A stretch of 64,000 nucleotides of DNA from the human T2T-CHM13v2.0 reference genome, Homo sapiens. The DNA lies in the NCBI RefSeq assembly GCF_009914755.1, contig NC_060936.1. One strand, given 5' to 3'. Made by a program: the position numbers and the translations under genes. This document shows positions 30,055-64,000 of this stretch, piece by piece (position 1 is the first letter of the stretch; each line of letters starts with the position of its first letter). A model generated the notes under the pieces. That model was not told the DNA's origin. It was given only the letters and a program-made list of their open reading frames with translations, and did not search any database.

Positions 30055-30426
30055 TGCTATGGACTAAATGTCTGTATCTTGCCCCCCGCCCCCACACCAA
30101 ACATACATGTTGAAGCCCTAATCTTCAATGTGATGGTGTGTGGAGGTGGGGTCTTTACGAGGTAATTAGGGTTGGATGAGGTCATGAGGGTGAAGCCTCC
30201 AAGATGGGATTAATGCCCTTATGAAAAAGGGAAAGAGGCAGGAGCGCTCTCTCTGTGCACACACACCAAGGAAAGGCCATGTGAGGACATAACCAGGAAG
30301 AGGGCCCTCACCAAACACTCAGCACCCTGATCTTGCACTTCCAGCCTCCAGAGGTAGAGAAAGAAATGTGTGTTGTTTATGCCACCCAGTCTACGGTAAT
30401 TTGTTATAACAGTCCAAGCTAAAACA
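30055..30426 (+). mobile_element. ERVL-MaLR solo LTR (MLT1A/MLT1A0-like)
   Basis: TGCTATGGACTAAATGT...gttgaagccctaatc...gaggtcatgagggtg...gggattaatgccctta...tttgttataacag...CA. Confidence 0.8.
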
Positions 30427-30660
30427 CACACTTTACTGGGGTTGTTAGGGGAATAACAGAGTTGACAATTATACTCCACAATGAGCATGCTTTGCAATGC
30501 AAATAAATTAAACCTGCATACAGTGCTTTCCCATCCTTCTAGTCCTACACTTAGAGGAACAGCATCTGCACAGCACCCTGGAGTAAGCGGCTGAGGCTGC
30601 TCACGCAGGCTCGGGGCTCGGGCTGGCCAGAGCCATCTGAAGTGGGAGAGGATCTACATC

Positions 30661-30955
30661 TTTTGTTTGTTTTTAGACAAGGTCTCACTCTGTCACCCAG
30701 GCTGGAGTGCAGTGGCACAATCATAGCTCACTGTAGCCTTGAGCTCCCCAGGCTCAAGTAATCCTCCCACCTCAGCCTCCCAAGTAGCTAAAACTACAGG
30801 CGCATGTCACCATGCCCGGCTAATATATTTATTTTTTGTAGAGGTGGGATTTTGTCATGCTGCCCAAGCTGGTCTCGAACTCCTAGGCTCAAGCGATCCT
30901 CCACGTTGGCCTCCCAAAGTGTTGGGATTACAGGCGTGAGCCACCACACCTGGCC
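30661..30955 (-). mobile_element. AluJ
   Basis: Antisense dimer with AluJ-type ctcctaggctcaagcgatcc. Confidence 0.85.
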
Positions 30956-31204
30956 TGAGGATCGACATCCTATCCTAATCACAAACCCATACTGTGCCAC
31001 TGAGCACAGGTGGGGAAGCTTGGCAGAGCTCATGGAAGTAAAATATTCTAAAAGTAGTAGCCTTTCAAAGTAAAATAAAAGTCAGGTTCTCAAAATTAAG
31101 ACATTAAAGAACCAAAGAGAGGGCTTCCCAAACTTTTAAAAGCAATTGAAATCTCTAAGAAAACATAACATCCCTAAATAGAATCTTTAGCAAAGTTATC
31201 TCAC

Positions 31205-31339
31205 CCTAGGCTACAGGTTTCCTCCAGCTGGTTATCCACGTTACTGTCCTGGGTGTCCAGAGGCTGGCCAGTAAAGATGGAATACTCTGCACCTGGAATC
31301 AGCCATTTCCGCCTGCTGACGTCTGAAGTTGCTAGTGTG
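31205..31339 (-). CDS. MPHOSPH9: MPHOSPH9 coding exon (135 nt): TLATSDVSRRKWLIPGAEYSIFTGQPLDTQDSNVDNQLEETCSL(G)
   Basis: Acceptor ttttcattctaatag|C and donor AGG|gtgaga; phase 2-2. Confidence 0.92.
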
Positions 31340-31695
31340 CTATTAGAATGAAAACGGTCAGGCATTATAAAGGTCTGCACTTCATTTCAGACTGCATGTG
31401 CATATAAAACAATCTGCTCTCAAACAGTATTTACACATTTGTACACTAATTTAAAAATCACATGTAACAATCTATATTTTGGATACAATTTATTTTACAG
31501 TTTTATGATTCAACTTAACTGTTGTTCTAGGTTTCTGTTACTTCTGAATCTCAGTCAAGATTCAGGTACTTGCGGCTCTGAACATTCCCCTCACTGTCTC
31601 TCAGGCATTTCACACCCTTTACACTCTGTGCCCCTACTGTAGCTGAGGGTAAAGTGCTGAAGGAAGCAGGGCTGCCCTTCTTGTTCCCTTCAGAC

Positions 31696-32316
31696 CAGCA
31701 CTGTCCAACAGAATCTTCTGCAAAACCAGAAATGCTATCTGCACTGTCCAATGCAGCAGTCACAAGTCAGGTGTCACTACTGAACACCTGAAATGTGGCT
31801 GCTGAGACTGAAGAACCAATTATAAAACGTTAATTTTAATAATGAAAGTTTTCAGTATCAAAATGGAGTCACTAATGTCAAACTCCCAAAAAATGGAGCT
31901 GGGAGGCACAAAGGAGCAGCCTCTCACACAGATGCTGATTATGGGAACTATTCTGAATTCCTCAGAACGACAGTATTCCAGATAATAAGCTGCTTGTACA
32001 AGGAAACATCCCTAACAAGGGATGTCTCCACCACTGAGCTAATGCTAATGCCTGCAACATGCTCCTGTAACCAGTGGTCTTTGTTTTAAAATAGCTTAGT
32101 GGACTGTGGACTGCCCTTTGTCTTTTAAAGTTTCCTGTGTCCCAACCCCTTTGGACATGCTTATGGTTCACCACAGCATGCGTACTCCAGCTTGCAAACC
32201 CCCAACATTTCCAAATAAATTTCTTTGGAGAGTCAGTCTCTGTCACTGATTTTAGGTTGACATGATTGATTTAAATAGTAATAGTGGCTGTTGGCAGGAC
32301 TGTACTGAACAGCGCA
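31696..32316 (+). mobile_element. MER3-like hAT-Charlie element interrupted by an LTR
   Basis: cagcactgtccaacagaa...ctgcactgtccaat...tgaaatgtggctg at the left; resumes after the LTR as tttaaatag...gtggctg...actgaacagcgca. Confidence 0.65.
31843..32262 (+). mobile_element. ERV1-class (MER4-group-like) solo LTR
   Basis: TGAAAG...atcaaaatggagtcactaatgtc start, internal AATAAA near 32214 and ttttaggttgaCA end; subfamily not determined. Confidence 0.6.
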
Positions 32317-32870
32317 ATTCTAGACATTGCTCCCCCAGCTCATCTGAGGTTCCCACCATCATGTTAACCCCCAGTCATTCCCCAGACTTTAGAGCCTGCC
32401 TTGTTTTCTCCACACCTATGCCTGTTCTCACACTAGGCAACTTCCTGACCACTCTCTCCAGTGAGGTGACCCTCTACTCCTCAGCCAGCCACCTCAGAGG
32501 GTACTTGCTGGCTTTTGTCAAAACCAGAGAACACACTCCCCTTAAGAAACCAATACTCCAAAGACTGTGCCCCTATTCTGCCTCCCGCCCTCAAGCTTCA
32601 GCAACGTGACCTACGATCCTTGGCCTCTCCATTTTCCATTTATCAACCCCTCCTAGTCTGACTAGGTCCTCTTGATCTACCCTGAAGTCCACACTCACGA
32701 TACTTTCTCTCTCACCTTTCACCACACCTGACTGGCAGCAAAATCTGAGGACTGGCTGACTACAAAGGCCGCGCTTCAGGTCTCAACTCCTACCACTGAG
32801 CTTTGCTGGAAAAAAGCCACCAGCTGGGCAGACTCATCACCACCTCAAGCGGACACCCCAAACCGCCTGA

Positions 32871-36405
<3,535 letters not shown>

Positions 36406-36691
36406 TTATATATTCTTTAAATTAAGAGTAGAACACTATAAAGACAACTAAAGCCCCTGTGCACCTCTCCAATCTCATTCGTTCCCTCCCAAAAGCAACC
36501 ATTTATACTAAATTTGTGTTCAGCATTCCCATGCACGTTTTCATACGTTTACTATGTTTGCATGAACCCATAAGAAATACAAAATTGCTTCACATGCTAA
36601 AGTCAATATAAATAGTATCCTATTTCTTCTGCAACTAGTTTTTTGTTGTTCCATATTATGTCCTTAAGATTAATCCACGTTGACCGTCTAG

Positions 36692-37325
<634 letters not shown>

Positions 37326-37419
37326 TCTCTGCCACCTGCATTGTCATGATGCAGTGTCATGCTTGAGTGTATGACAGTATTTTCCATATTCCAGCTGTTA
37401 GACTTTCAGGTTTTCATTC

Positions 37420-37796
<377 letters not shown>

Positions 37797-37851
37797 TAGC
37801 CTCCAGCTTGCAAAGACCTTGCAGTCTTCACCTTGATCTCTCAAGCAGCAA

Positions 37852-40584
<2,733 letters not shown>

Positions 40585-41238
40585 TAGAAAAAGCTCCTCA
40601 TTTGACAATTACAACTTGGGTCACAAATTACAATTTAAAATCATTTTTCTAATAAATGTCATTATAAAGTTATTATTTACTTATTAATATTCTTTATTTA
40701 CACCCAAATCATAATAAAATTCAGATCTAATATAAAAATAATGTATTCTGTAAGGGTATCACCAAGACAATGTTGAGATTATAGCCAAGCTAATTCTGAA
40801 AGAACTAAAAAAACTAGAAAGAAAACCCATACAACCTAATGAAGATCCATCTTCATAGTTCCTTCCATTAACATAGGAATAAAATGTCTGAAATTTTAGG
40901 GCTAAAAGACCTTTTGAGATGTTCTAGCCCCTTGTCCTTATTTTTACAGATAAGAAAAATGAATTCCAAAAAAGGTAAGTGACTTGCCTAAGGTCACACA
41001 GCTGGGCAAAGAACAAAATACATTCCAAGGATCCCAATTTGATCCTAAGATATTTCCTCATTTTAGCAAATGCCTCTGCATAAGAGGGTTTACAATGTTC
41101 AGTAATTAATCTAACACATTTAAGTTCTGTAATGACATTTAACCCGGACTTTCTTATGATTTAGACAGATGAGTTTCTCGTCTTAATAAAAGCATGCACC
41201 TATTTCTAGCTTTATAGAGAGTAAATGAAATAACTTAC

Positions 41239-41340
41239 TTGGCACGCGAGGGTCTCACGTGAATTCTAGAATTATGACGAAGGCTTAACATATTTTCATG
41301 TTCTACTTGCTTGACCTGAGCTTCAAGTTTTGAAATCATT
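41239..41340 (-). CDS. MPHOSPH9: MPHOSPH9 coding exon (102 nt): MISKLEAQVKQVEHENMLSLRHNSRIHVRPSRA(N)
   Basis: Acceptor ttttgaattag|A and donor CAA|gtaagt; phase 2-2. Confidence 0.92.
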
Positions 41341-41460
41341 CTAATTCAAAAGCAATAAAGATAAATTAAGTACATTTCAACAAATGTAAAATATAGCTCA
41401 ACCACAGTTTATTTAACAGACCCTCCTAAAAAATGGGTGGTAAAAGAGTTGCAAGTCCAT

Positions 41461-45420
<3,960 letters not shown>

Positions 45421-45713
45421 TTAAATAATAATTTGCATCTGTATGGTACCTTATACTCTTTTGAACAATTTCATTTCAAATGCAATAGCCATTCAATAAA
45501 TATTTGTCAGATTAATGAATCTAACAAACTTGTGAGTTAAATGGGGCAGGTATTTGAAAATAAGGATACTGAAACAGGATAAGCAAGGTTCCAGTTCAAC
45601 AGCTACGGAGGTTCAGGAAGGGGTGCAAGGAGGAGAAGAGTCAGATCCCTTGATTCCCAATCCAATGTTTCTGCCTCTGCATGAAATCTAGAACATGAAC
45701 CATTACCCCTTAC

Positions 45714-45761
45714 CTTTACTCTCCTGTGTTCTTTTCCAAGGGACTCATACTCTCCTAAAAG
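45714..45761 (-). CDS. MPHOSPH9: MPHOSPH9 coding exon (48 nt): LLGEYESLGKEHRRVK
   Basis: Acceptor tttttccttgtag|CTT and donor AAG|gtaagg; phase 0-0; in frame with both neighbours. Confidence 0.9.
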
Positions 45762-46407
45762 CTACAAGGAAAAACAAAAAAAAATTATACCACAAAATTA
45801 AACGTTATTCTATCAACTGAGGTACAGTCTACAAAATAACTGCCTATAGCCTTCAAAAATGCCAATGTCATGAAAGAGAAAGGTCAATAGAGAACTGGTG
45901 ATTCAATGTAAAGGGAATGGGACAATTCTCAATTTCTGGAATGGTTTCTGTACATTTGATATTATTTCAAAATAAAGCTGGATGCGGTGGCTCACACCCA
46001 TAATCTCAACACTTTGGGAGGCTGAGGACAGAGGATCACTTGAGGCTAGGAGCTGGAGACCAACCTAGGGAACAGAGCGAGACCTCGTCTCTTCAAAAAC
46101 AAAAACAAAAACAAAAAAAAAACAAAAGCTGGGCTCGGTGGCTCACGCCTGTAATCCTAGCACTTTGGGAGGCTGAGGTGGAAGTATTGCTTGAGCCTGA
46201 AAGCTCAAGAGTTCAAGGCTACAGTGTGCTATGATCGTGCCACTGTACTCTAACCTGGGGGACAAAGAGAGACCCCGTCTTAAAAAAAAATAGCTGAACA
46301 TGGGGATATATGCTTACAGACTCAGGAGGCTCACTTGAGCCTGGGAGGTTGAGACTGCAGTGAGCTTGTAGTGAGGCTTGCAGTGAGATTGCACCACTGC
46401 ACTCTAG

Positions 46408-46726
<319 letters not shown>

Positions 46727-46826
46727 TGATCCGCCCGCCTCAGCCTCCCAAAGTGCTAGGATTACAGGCGTGAGCCATCATGCCCGGTGTTTTTTTTGTG
46801 TTTTTTTTTTTGTTTTTTTTTTTTGA

Positions 46827-47033
<207 letters not shown>

Positions 47034-47098
47034 TGATCCACATGCCTTGGCCTGCCAAAGTGCTGGGATTACAGGCTTGAGCCACCACGCCTGGCCTA

Positions 47099-55450
<8,352 letters not shown>

Positions 55451-55765
55451 AATGCAAAGTCAGTGTATCACTGTCTACATTAATACAATTTCAGCTAAAA
55501 ACAACACATTCTAGCTATCCTTTGCTGCTTGATTGCTGCTCAAACATAACTGTGGTGGGTTTGTGAATAATTAGAAACAATAACATCCCAGGCCAGGCGC
55601 GGTGGCTCATGCCTGTCATCTCAGCACTTTGGGAGGCTGAGGCAGGTGGATCACTTGAGGTCGGGAGTTCGAGACCAGCCTGACCAACATGGAGAAACCC
55701 CATCTCTATCAAAAATACAAAATTAGCCGGGCATGGTGGCACATGCCTGAAATCCCAGCTACTCA

Positions 55766-56895
<1,130 letters not shown>

Positions 56896-57178
56896 TCAGG
56901 AGGCTGAGGCAGAAGCATCACTTGAACCCGGGAGGCAGAGGTTGCAGTGAGTCAAGATCATGCCACTGCACTCCAGCGTGGGCAACCAAGCAAGACTCCA
57001 TCTCAAAAAAAAAAAAAAAAGTTAAATAATTGTCAGGGCATAGTGGCATGTGCCTATGGTCCTAGCAACTTTGGAAGCCAAGGTGGAAGAATCACCTGAG
57101 CCCGCGGAGGTTGAGGCTTCAGTAAGCTGTGATCGCACCACTGCACTCCAGCCTGGGCAACAGAGTGAGACACCGTCT

Positions 57179-57210
<32 letters not shown>

Positions 57211-57335
57211 AGAGAGAAAAGGAAATGTAATATGTAATTACAGTATACCACCATAGCTTAACTGTGAACAATATTTATACAGCTGTAATAAATGATGTAT
57301 AATTTCCATTTTAAGACACCATTGATTATATATCA

Positions 57336-57788
<453 letters not shown>

Positions 57789-58531
57789 TCAGTATGTCTG
57801 AAATAGATGGAAAAAAAAATGAGAGTGCAATATAAGAATATTATTTGTAAACATGGAGGAAAATGCTAGAAGAAATAGCTAAAAGAGCTGAAAGTAACAG
57901 CCTCTAGGGTAGGATACTAAAAGGTAGGTAGGGAAGACTGCTGTTTTTCATGAGATGCAAATCTAAAGCAATCAGAAAATTTCAACAGCCTAAATACTTT
58001 CAGATTACTCATGTATTGTAATATCCTGAAAAACGATGTTAAGAAAAATTTAGAAGCCAGGTGCAGTGGCACACACGTGTAGACCCAGCTACTCAGAAGG
58101 CTGAAAGGAGAATGCTTGAGCCCAAGAGCTTGAGGCCAGCCTGGGCAACATGGCGAGACCCTGTTTCTAAGAACAAAAAGAAAGAAAAATTTAGAAAAAA
58201 ATAAGCAACCTGAAACCTAATCTGGTTTCAATGTTATACAAATCCAAATTTTAAGTGAAATTATATCAAAGTGAAAAAATTTAATCAAACTTGCTCTAAA
58301 TCTGTTCATAGCATTTTATCCTGCCAGACACACAAATGTTAAGATAGCTTGAAAGTTGACCTGATGCAGACACAGTTTTTTTTTTTTTTTTAAGTTGACC
58401 TGCTAGAAACAGAAAAGATATGGGAGTGATGCCATCGTTCTAAGTATCTGACTTCGTGCTGCAAAGCAAGACCCAATTGACTCCATCAGGAAGGTACATA
58501 TTCACAGTTGCTGCAAAGTTATGTAAAACTA

Positions 58532-58889
<358 letters not shown>

Positions 58890-58937
58890 TTACTTTTAGC
58901 CAATCACGTCATTAAGTTACTATTATTCGCTACTTAC

Positions 58938-59153
58938 ATCTTGAAACATTTTGTTCTCTTGTTTTAGTTGAGCTTCTTTATCATCTGAGAGTTTGTAAGC
59001 ATTCTCAAATGCTTCTTCTAAATCTTGCAGTCTAGATTTTAGTCGAATGATGGTATTGTCTTTTTCTTTACTGCTTGTTCTCATTTCTTCAATTCGTTCC
59101 TGCAAAATTTTGGAAGCACTGCTGGCTGCACTGAAGCGTTCTCTCAAATCATT
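58938..59153 (-). CDS. MPHOSPH9: MPHOSPH9 coding exon (216 nt): NDLRERFSAASSASKILQERIEEMRTSSKEKDNTIIRLKSRLQDLEEAFENAYKLSDDKEAQLKQENKMFQD
   Basis: Acceptor tttgttttatag|AAT and donor GAT|gtaagt; phase 0-0; matches ORF 58923..59147; heptad coiled-coil pattern. Confidence 0.95.
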
Positions 59154-59159
59154 CTATAA

Positions 59160-59336
<177 letters not shown>

Positions 59337-59339
59337 TAA

Positions 59340-59489
<150 letters not shown>

Positions 59490-60795
59490 TGAAAAAAAAA
59501 GATGCCTTAATAATAGCTAATAAATTGTGGGCATTAAAAAATGAACAAAACATAGAAATGGAAATGAACAAATCTATTTTGTTGTATTCTGGGATGGAGA
59601 GTCCAGAAAGAATAGTTCTACTGGAATACCAGCCCCTGACATTATCATAAGGTATACAGGAAACTATCATCTGTGGCACTATGACTCTAGGACTCACCTA
59701 ATAGCTCCTACAGTTCACTTTAATAAGGAAAAAATAACCACTGCTATTAGGGAAATTATTTGAAAGTATAGCTGGACTTTGTTGCCCAACATCAACATTT
59801 AGGGAGGAGAAAAACATTTCATACCCTCTCACTATGAAAATACAGGAAATTCAGTTGGCCAGGCACAGTAGCTCACGCCTGTAATCCCAGCACTTTGGGA
59901 GGCCGAGGCAGGTGAATCACGAGGTCAGGAGTTCAAGAGCAGCCTGGCCAACATGGTGAAACCCCGTCTCTACTAAAAATACAAAAAATTAGCTGGGCTT
60001 AATGGCAGGCGCCTGTAATCCCAGCTACTCAGGAGGCTGAGGCAGGAGAATCACTTGAACCCAGGAGGCGGAGGTGGCAACGAGCCGAGATCATGCCACT
60101 GCACTCCAGCCCTGGTGACAGAGTGAGACTCTGTCTCAAAAAAAAAAAAGAAAATACAGGAAATTAAAAACCCATCTGATATGTTAATATTCACTCAACA
60201 ATCATTTCTGGAATACCCACTAGGTGCTAGGCACTAGGGTGCTAGAAATGTAAGATTAACAAAAAAGATAATAGTCCCGAATGTCATGAAGCTTAGGAGG
60301 AGAGGAACTAAAAAAGCAAACAGGCCAGGCACTGTGGCTCACAGCGGAAATCCCAGCACTTTGGGAGGACTGCTAGAGCCCAGGAGTTTAAGACCAGCCT
60401 GGGCGACATAGCGTGTCTCAACAAAAAATTTTAAAAATCAGCTGGGTGTGGTGGTGTGTGCCTATAGTCTCAACTACTCAGGAGGCTGAGATGGGAGGAG
60501 CACTTCAGCCCAAGAGGTTGAGACTGCAGTAAGCCATGACGGCTCCACAGCACTCTAGCCTGGGCGATGGAGTGAGACCCTGTCTCAAAAAAAAAAAAGG
60601 CTAAGATGAAAACAACATATAAAACAAAATACGCTGGGTGCCAGTAACCCCAGCACTTTGGGAGGCCGAAGCGGGCAGATCACCTGAGGTCAGGAGTTCG
60701 AGACCAGCCTGGCCAACATAGTGAAATCCCATCTCTACTAAAAATACAAAAATTAGCCGGGCTTGGTGGTGGGCACCTGTAATCCCAGCTATTCA

Positions 60796-60900
<105 letters not shown>

Positions 60901-61204
60901 TCAACAAAAAAACAAAATAGACAGTTTCCACCAAAATTTTGTTCATAAGGCCATATGTATCTCATACATATACACACTACTCTATGATAGCTATCATGCA
61001 TTTTATCGTCTAATAGATATTAAAAATAAAACTTGTAAACACAGACTTTGAGAAACTTTTGACCCTTAAAAAGATTGCCTTATACCAAAAGATTGGGAAT
61101 GACATAACAAAGGTCTTTGTTCAGAAAGAAAAAAAGTTACCTGTAAAAAAATAAAATTTGGTAATGCGTGGGGAAAAAAGTAATTTTAGCATAAAAAGTT
61201 TATG

Positions 61205-61735
61205 CACTTTTAGTTATATACCCAAGGAAACTAAAAACTTACGTGGCACATAAAATCTTGTAGACAAACATTCATAGCAATATAATTTAAATAGCCAGAA
61301 AGTATATAAACATTACCTGATGAATGTAAACAAAAATGTGGTATTATTCACAGAATGAAATATATTCAGCCATAAACAGGAATGAATACTGATATGTTAC
61401 AACATGGATAAACCTTGAAAATATTATACTAAGTGAAGAAGCCAGACACGAAAGGCCACACAGTCTAGGATTTCATTTATATCAATGTTCAGAAAAGGCA
61501 AATGCACAGAGAAAGAAAACTGAGTAGTGGTTGCCAGGGTGTGGAAGGACAGAATGTGGGGGGTGACGGTTAAGGGGTGTGGGTTTTTTTTTTTTTTTTT
61601 TTTTTTTTTTTGAGGAAAATGTCCTAAAATTGATTGTGGTGGTGGTTGCCCAACTCTAAATATACTAAAATTCATGGAATTGTACACTTTAAAAGGGTAA
61701 GTTTTATGGTATGCAAATTATATTGCAAAAAATTA
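61205..61735 (+). mobile_element. L1MB-like 3' end
   Basis: acaacatggataaaccttgaaaatattatactaagtgaagaagccagacac...gtggttgccaggg...gtacactttaaaagggt. Confidence 0.75.
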
Positions 61736-62072
61736 AAAAAAAATTTTTTTTTGAGACAGGGTCATGCTCTCTTGCCCAGGCTACAGTGCTGTGGCGCAAT
61801 CATGATCCCTGCAGCCTCAACTTCCTGGGATCAAGTCATCCTCCTGCCTCAGTCTCCCGAGTAGCTGGGACCACAGCTGTGCACCACCATGCCCAGCTAA
61901 TTTGTAGAGACAGAGGTCTCTGTATGTTACCCAGGCTGGTCTCGAACTCCTGGGCTCAAGCAACTCTCCCACCTCAGCCTCCCAAAGTGCTAGGATTACT
62001 GACATGAGCCACCACACCTGGCCAAAAGGTAAGTTTTAAAAGGGTAAAGTTTAGGCCAGGTGCGGTGGCTCA

Positions 62073-62369
<297 letters not shown>

Positions 62370-62416
62370 TCACGCCTGTAATCCCAGCACTTTGGGAGGC
62401 CGAGGCAGGAGGATCA

Positions 62417-62713
<297 letters not shown>

Positions 62714-62798
62714 TTAAAAAGACAAGAAACATAACTGATGTTATCACGAAATAATTCATTTGTCTCACCAGAACACCCACCAAAAAAAGAGTACTTAC

Positions 62799-62886
62799 CA
62801 CTTCAATTTCCAGTAAGTTATTCTTATTTTCAAGTGTTCTCACGCGACTAGTAGCTTCATGCAAAGCACTATCTAATTGGCCACAT
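62799..62886 (-). CDS. MPHOSPH9: MPHOSPH9 coding exon (88 nt; first in window, upstream exons lie beyond the window): (R)CGQLDSALHEATSRVRTLENKNNLLEIEV
   Basis: Acceptor tttttag|A and donor GTG|gtaagt on the minus strand; phase 2 to 0; coiled-coil-like sequence; joins in frame to the next exon. Confidence 0.93.
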
Positions 62887-63166
62887 CTAAAAACCATAAA
62901 TTTAGCTTCAATTAGAAGATAAAATTATTACCCTTAAAAGTATTACATAAATCTAACCAATTCTCTAATATATAACATAAGACAAATTCTCCAGTGTTAA
63001 CTAAGACTCAGGATGCCATTTTAATAGAATATAGCCCAATGAATCTAATAATATAGTATGTAGAGAAAAGGCTAAAATTGGCCAGGCACAGTGGCTCACA
63101 CCTGTAATACTAACACTTTGGGAGGCTGAGGCAGGCAGATCACTTGAGGCCAGGAGTTCAAGATCA

Positions 63167-63388
<222 letters not shown>

Positions 63389-64000
63389 CTAAAATAATTT
63401 TTTTAAAAGATATAAAAAAAAGACATGCATAAAATAGCTTGATCTTAGCTTGAAAAAAATCTGTATCTATATATATGCATTATGATTTCTGGAAAAATGC
63501 AAAAAATTAAATTTGGATTTGGGATTTGGGACTAGAGGTTGGGGTAGGGAGATTTACTTTTTTCTTTCTTTTTTTGAGACAGGATCTCACTCCATAACCC
63601 AGGTTGAAGTACAGTGGTGCAATCACGGTTCACTGCAGACTTAACCTTCTGGGATCAAGCAACCCTCCTGCCTCAACCTCCTGAGTATGCACCACCACAC
63701 ACAGCTAATTTGATTTTTTGTAGAGATGGGATCTCACTTTGTTGCCCAGGCTGGTCTCAAACTCCTGGACTCATGCGATCCAATTTACTTTTCATATTAT
63801 GACCTTCTGTACTATTTCGAATTTAGCACGAATATAACTATTCTTATAATTAACTTCCTTTGTAAAGTTAATTATCACAGATCCTCAAAATAACAAAATA
63901 CATAGAAGAATTCAGTTACCATCTTGACTCGGTGTTTAACATAGTATGAATAATAAAAGCTTTATTTATTTAGCACTGACTATACACCAGGTCTTTAAGC

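Noticed and set aside
61584-61611. Orphan T28 tract suggesting a processed-pseudogene tail
   Set aside because: It sits at a T-rich position within continuous L1 sequence with no attached insert; most likely slippage, and a probable oligo-dT internal-priming artefact site

Overview
Human (primate) genomic DNA, very rich in Alu repeats. The minus strand carries the last 13 coding exons of MPHOSPH9 (M-phase phosphoprotein 9, MPP9, a distal-centriole coiled-coil protein) between 62886 and 21357. All 13 have canonical GT-AG boundaries and splice into one uninterrupted frame of 1615 nt ending ...HVLRTSANL*. Several candidate poly(A) signals follow (proximal at 20967, most distal at 16889). About 1 kb further downstream is a CpG island (~14.6-16.2 kb) with a cluster of minus-strand splice donors. 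From recalled gene order at 12q24.31 this is the promoter and non-coding first exon of PITPNM2, so 1-15 kb would be PITPNM2 intron 1; no PITPNM2 coding sequence is in the window. The rest is roughly 75 Alu copies or fragments (including a fossil FAM monomer), L1, L2 and MIR remnants, MaLR and ERV LTRs and DNA-transposon fossils, often nested. I found no prokaryotic-type system, CRISPR array or RNA gene. The best leads are hypotheses: a possibly enkurin-like helical hairpin at the MPP9 C-terminus, a KENxxP degron within a CDK/Polo-box site cluster, convergent poly(A) signals between the two genes, and a uORF plus a candidate cassette exon in the PITPNM2 5' leader. Exon coordinates were read base by base; repeat boundaries and subfamily names are approximate and by eye.
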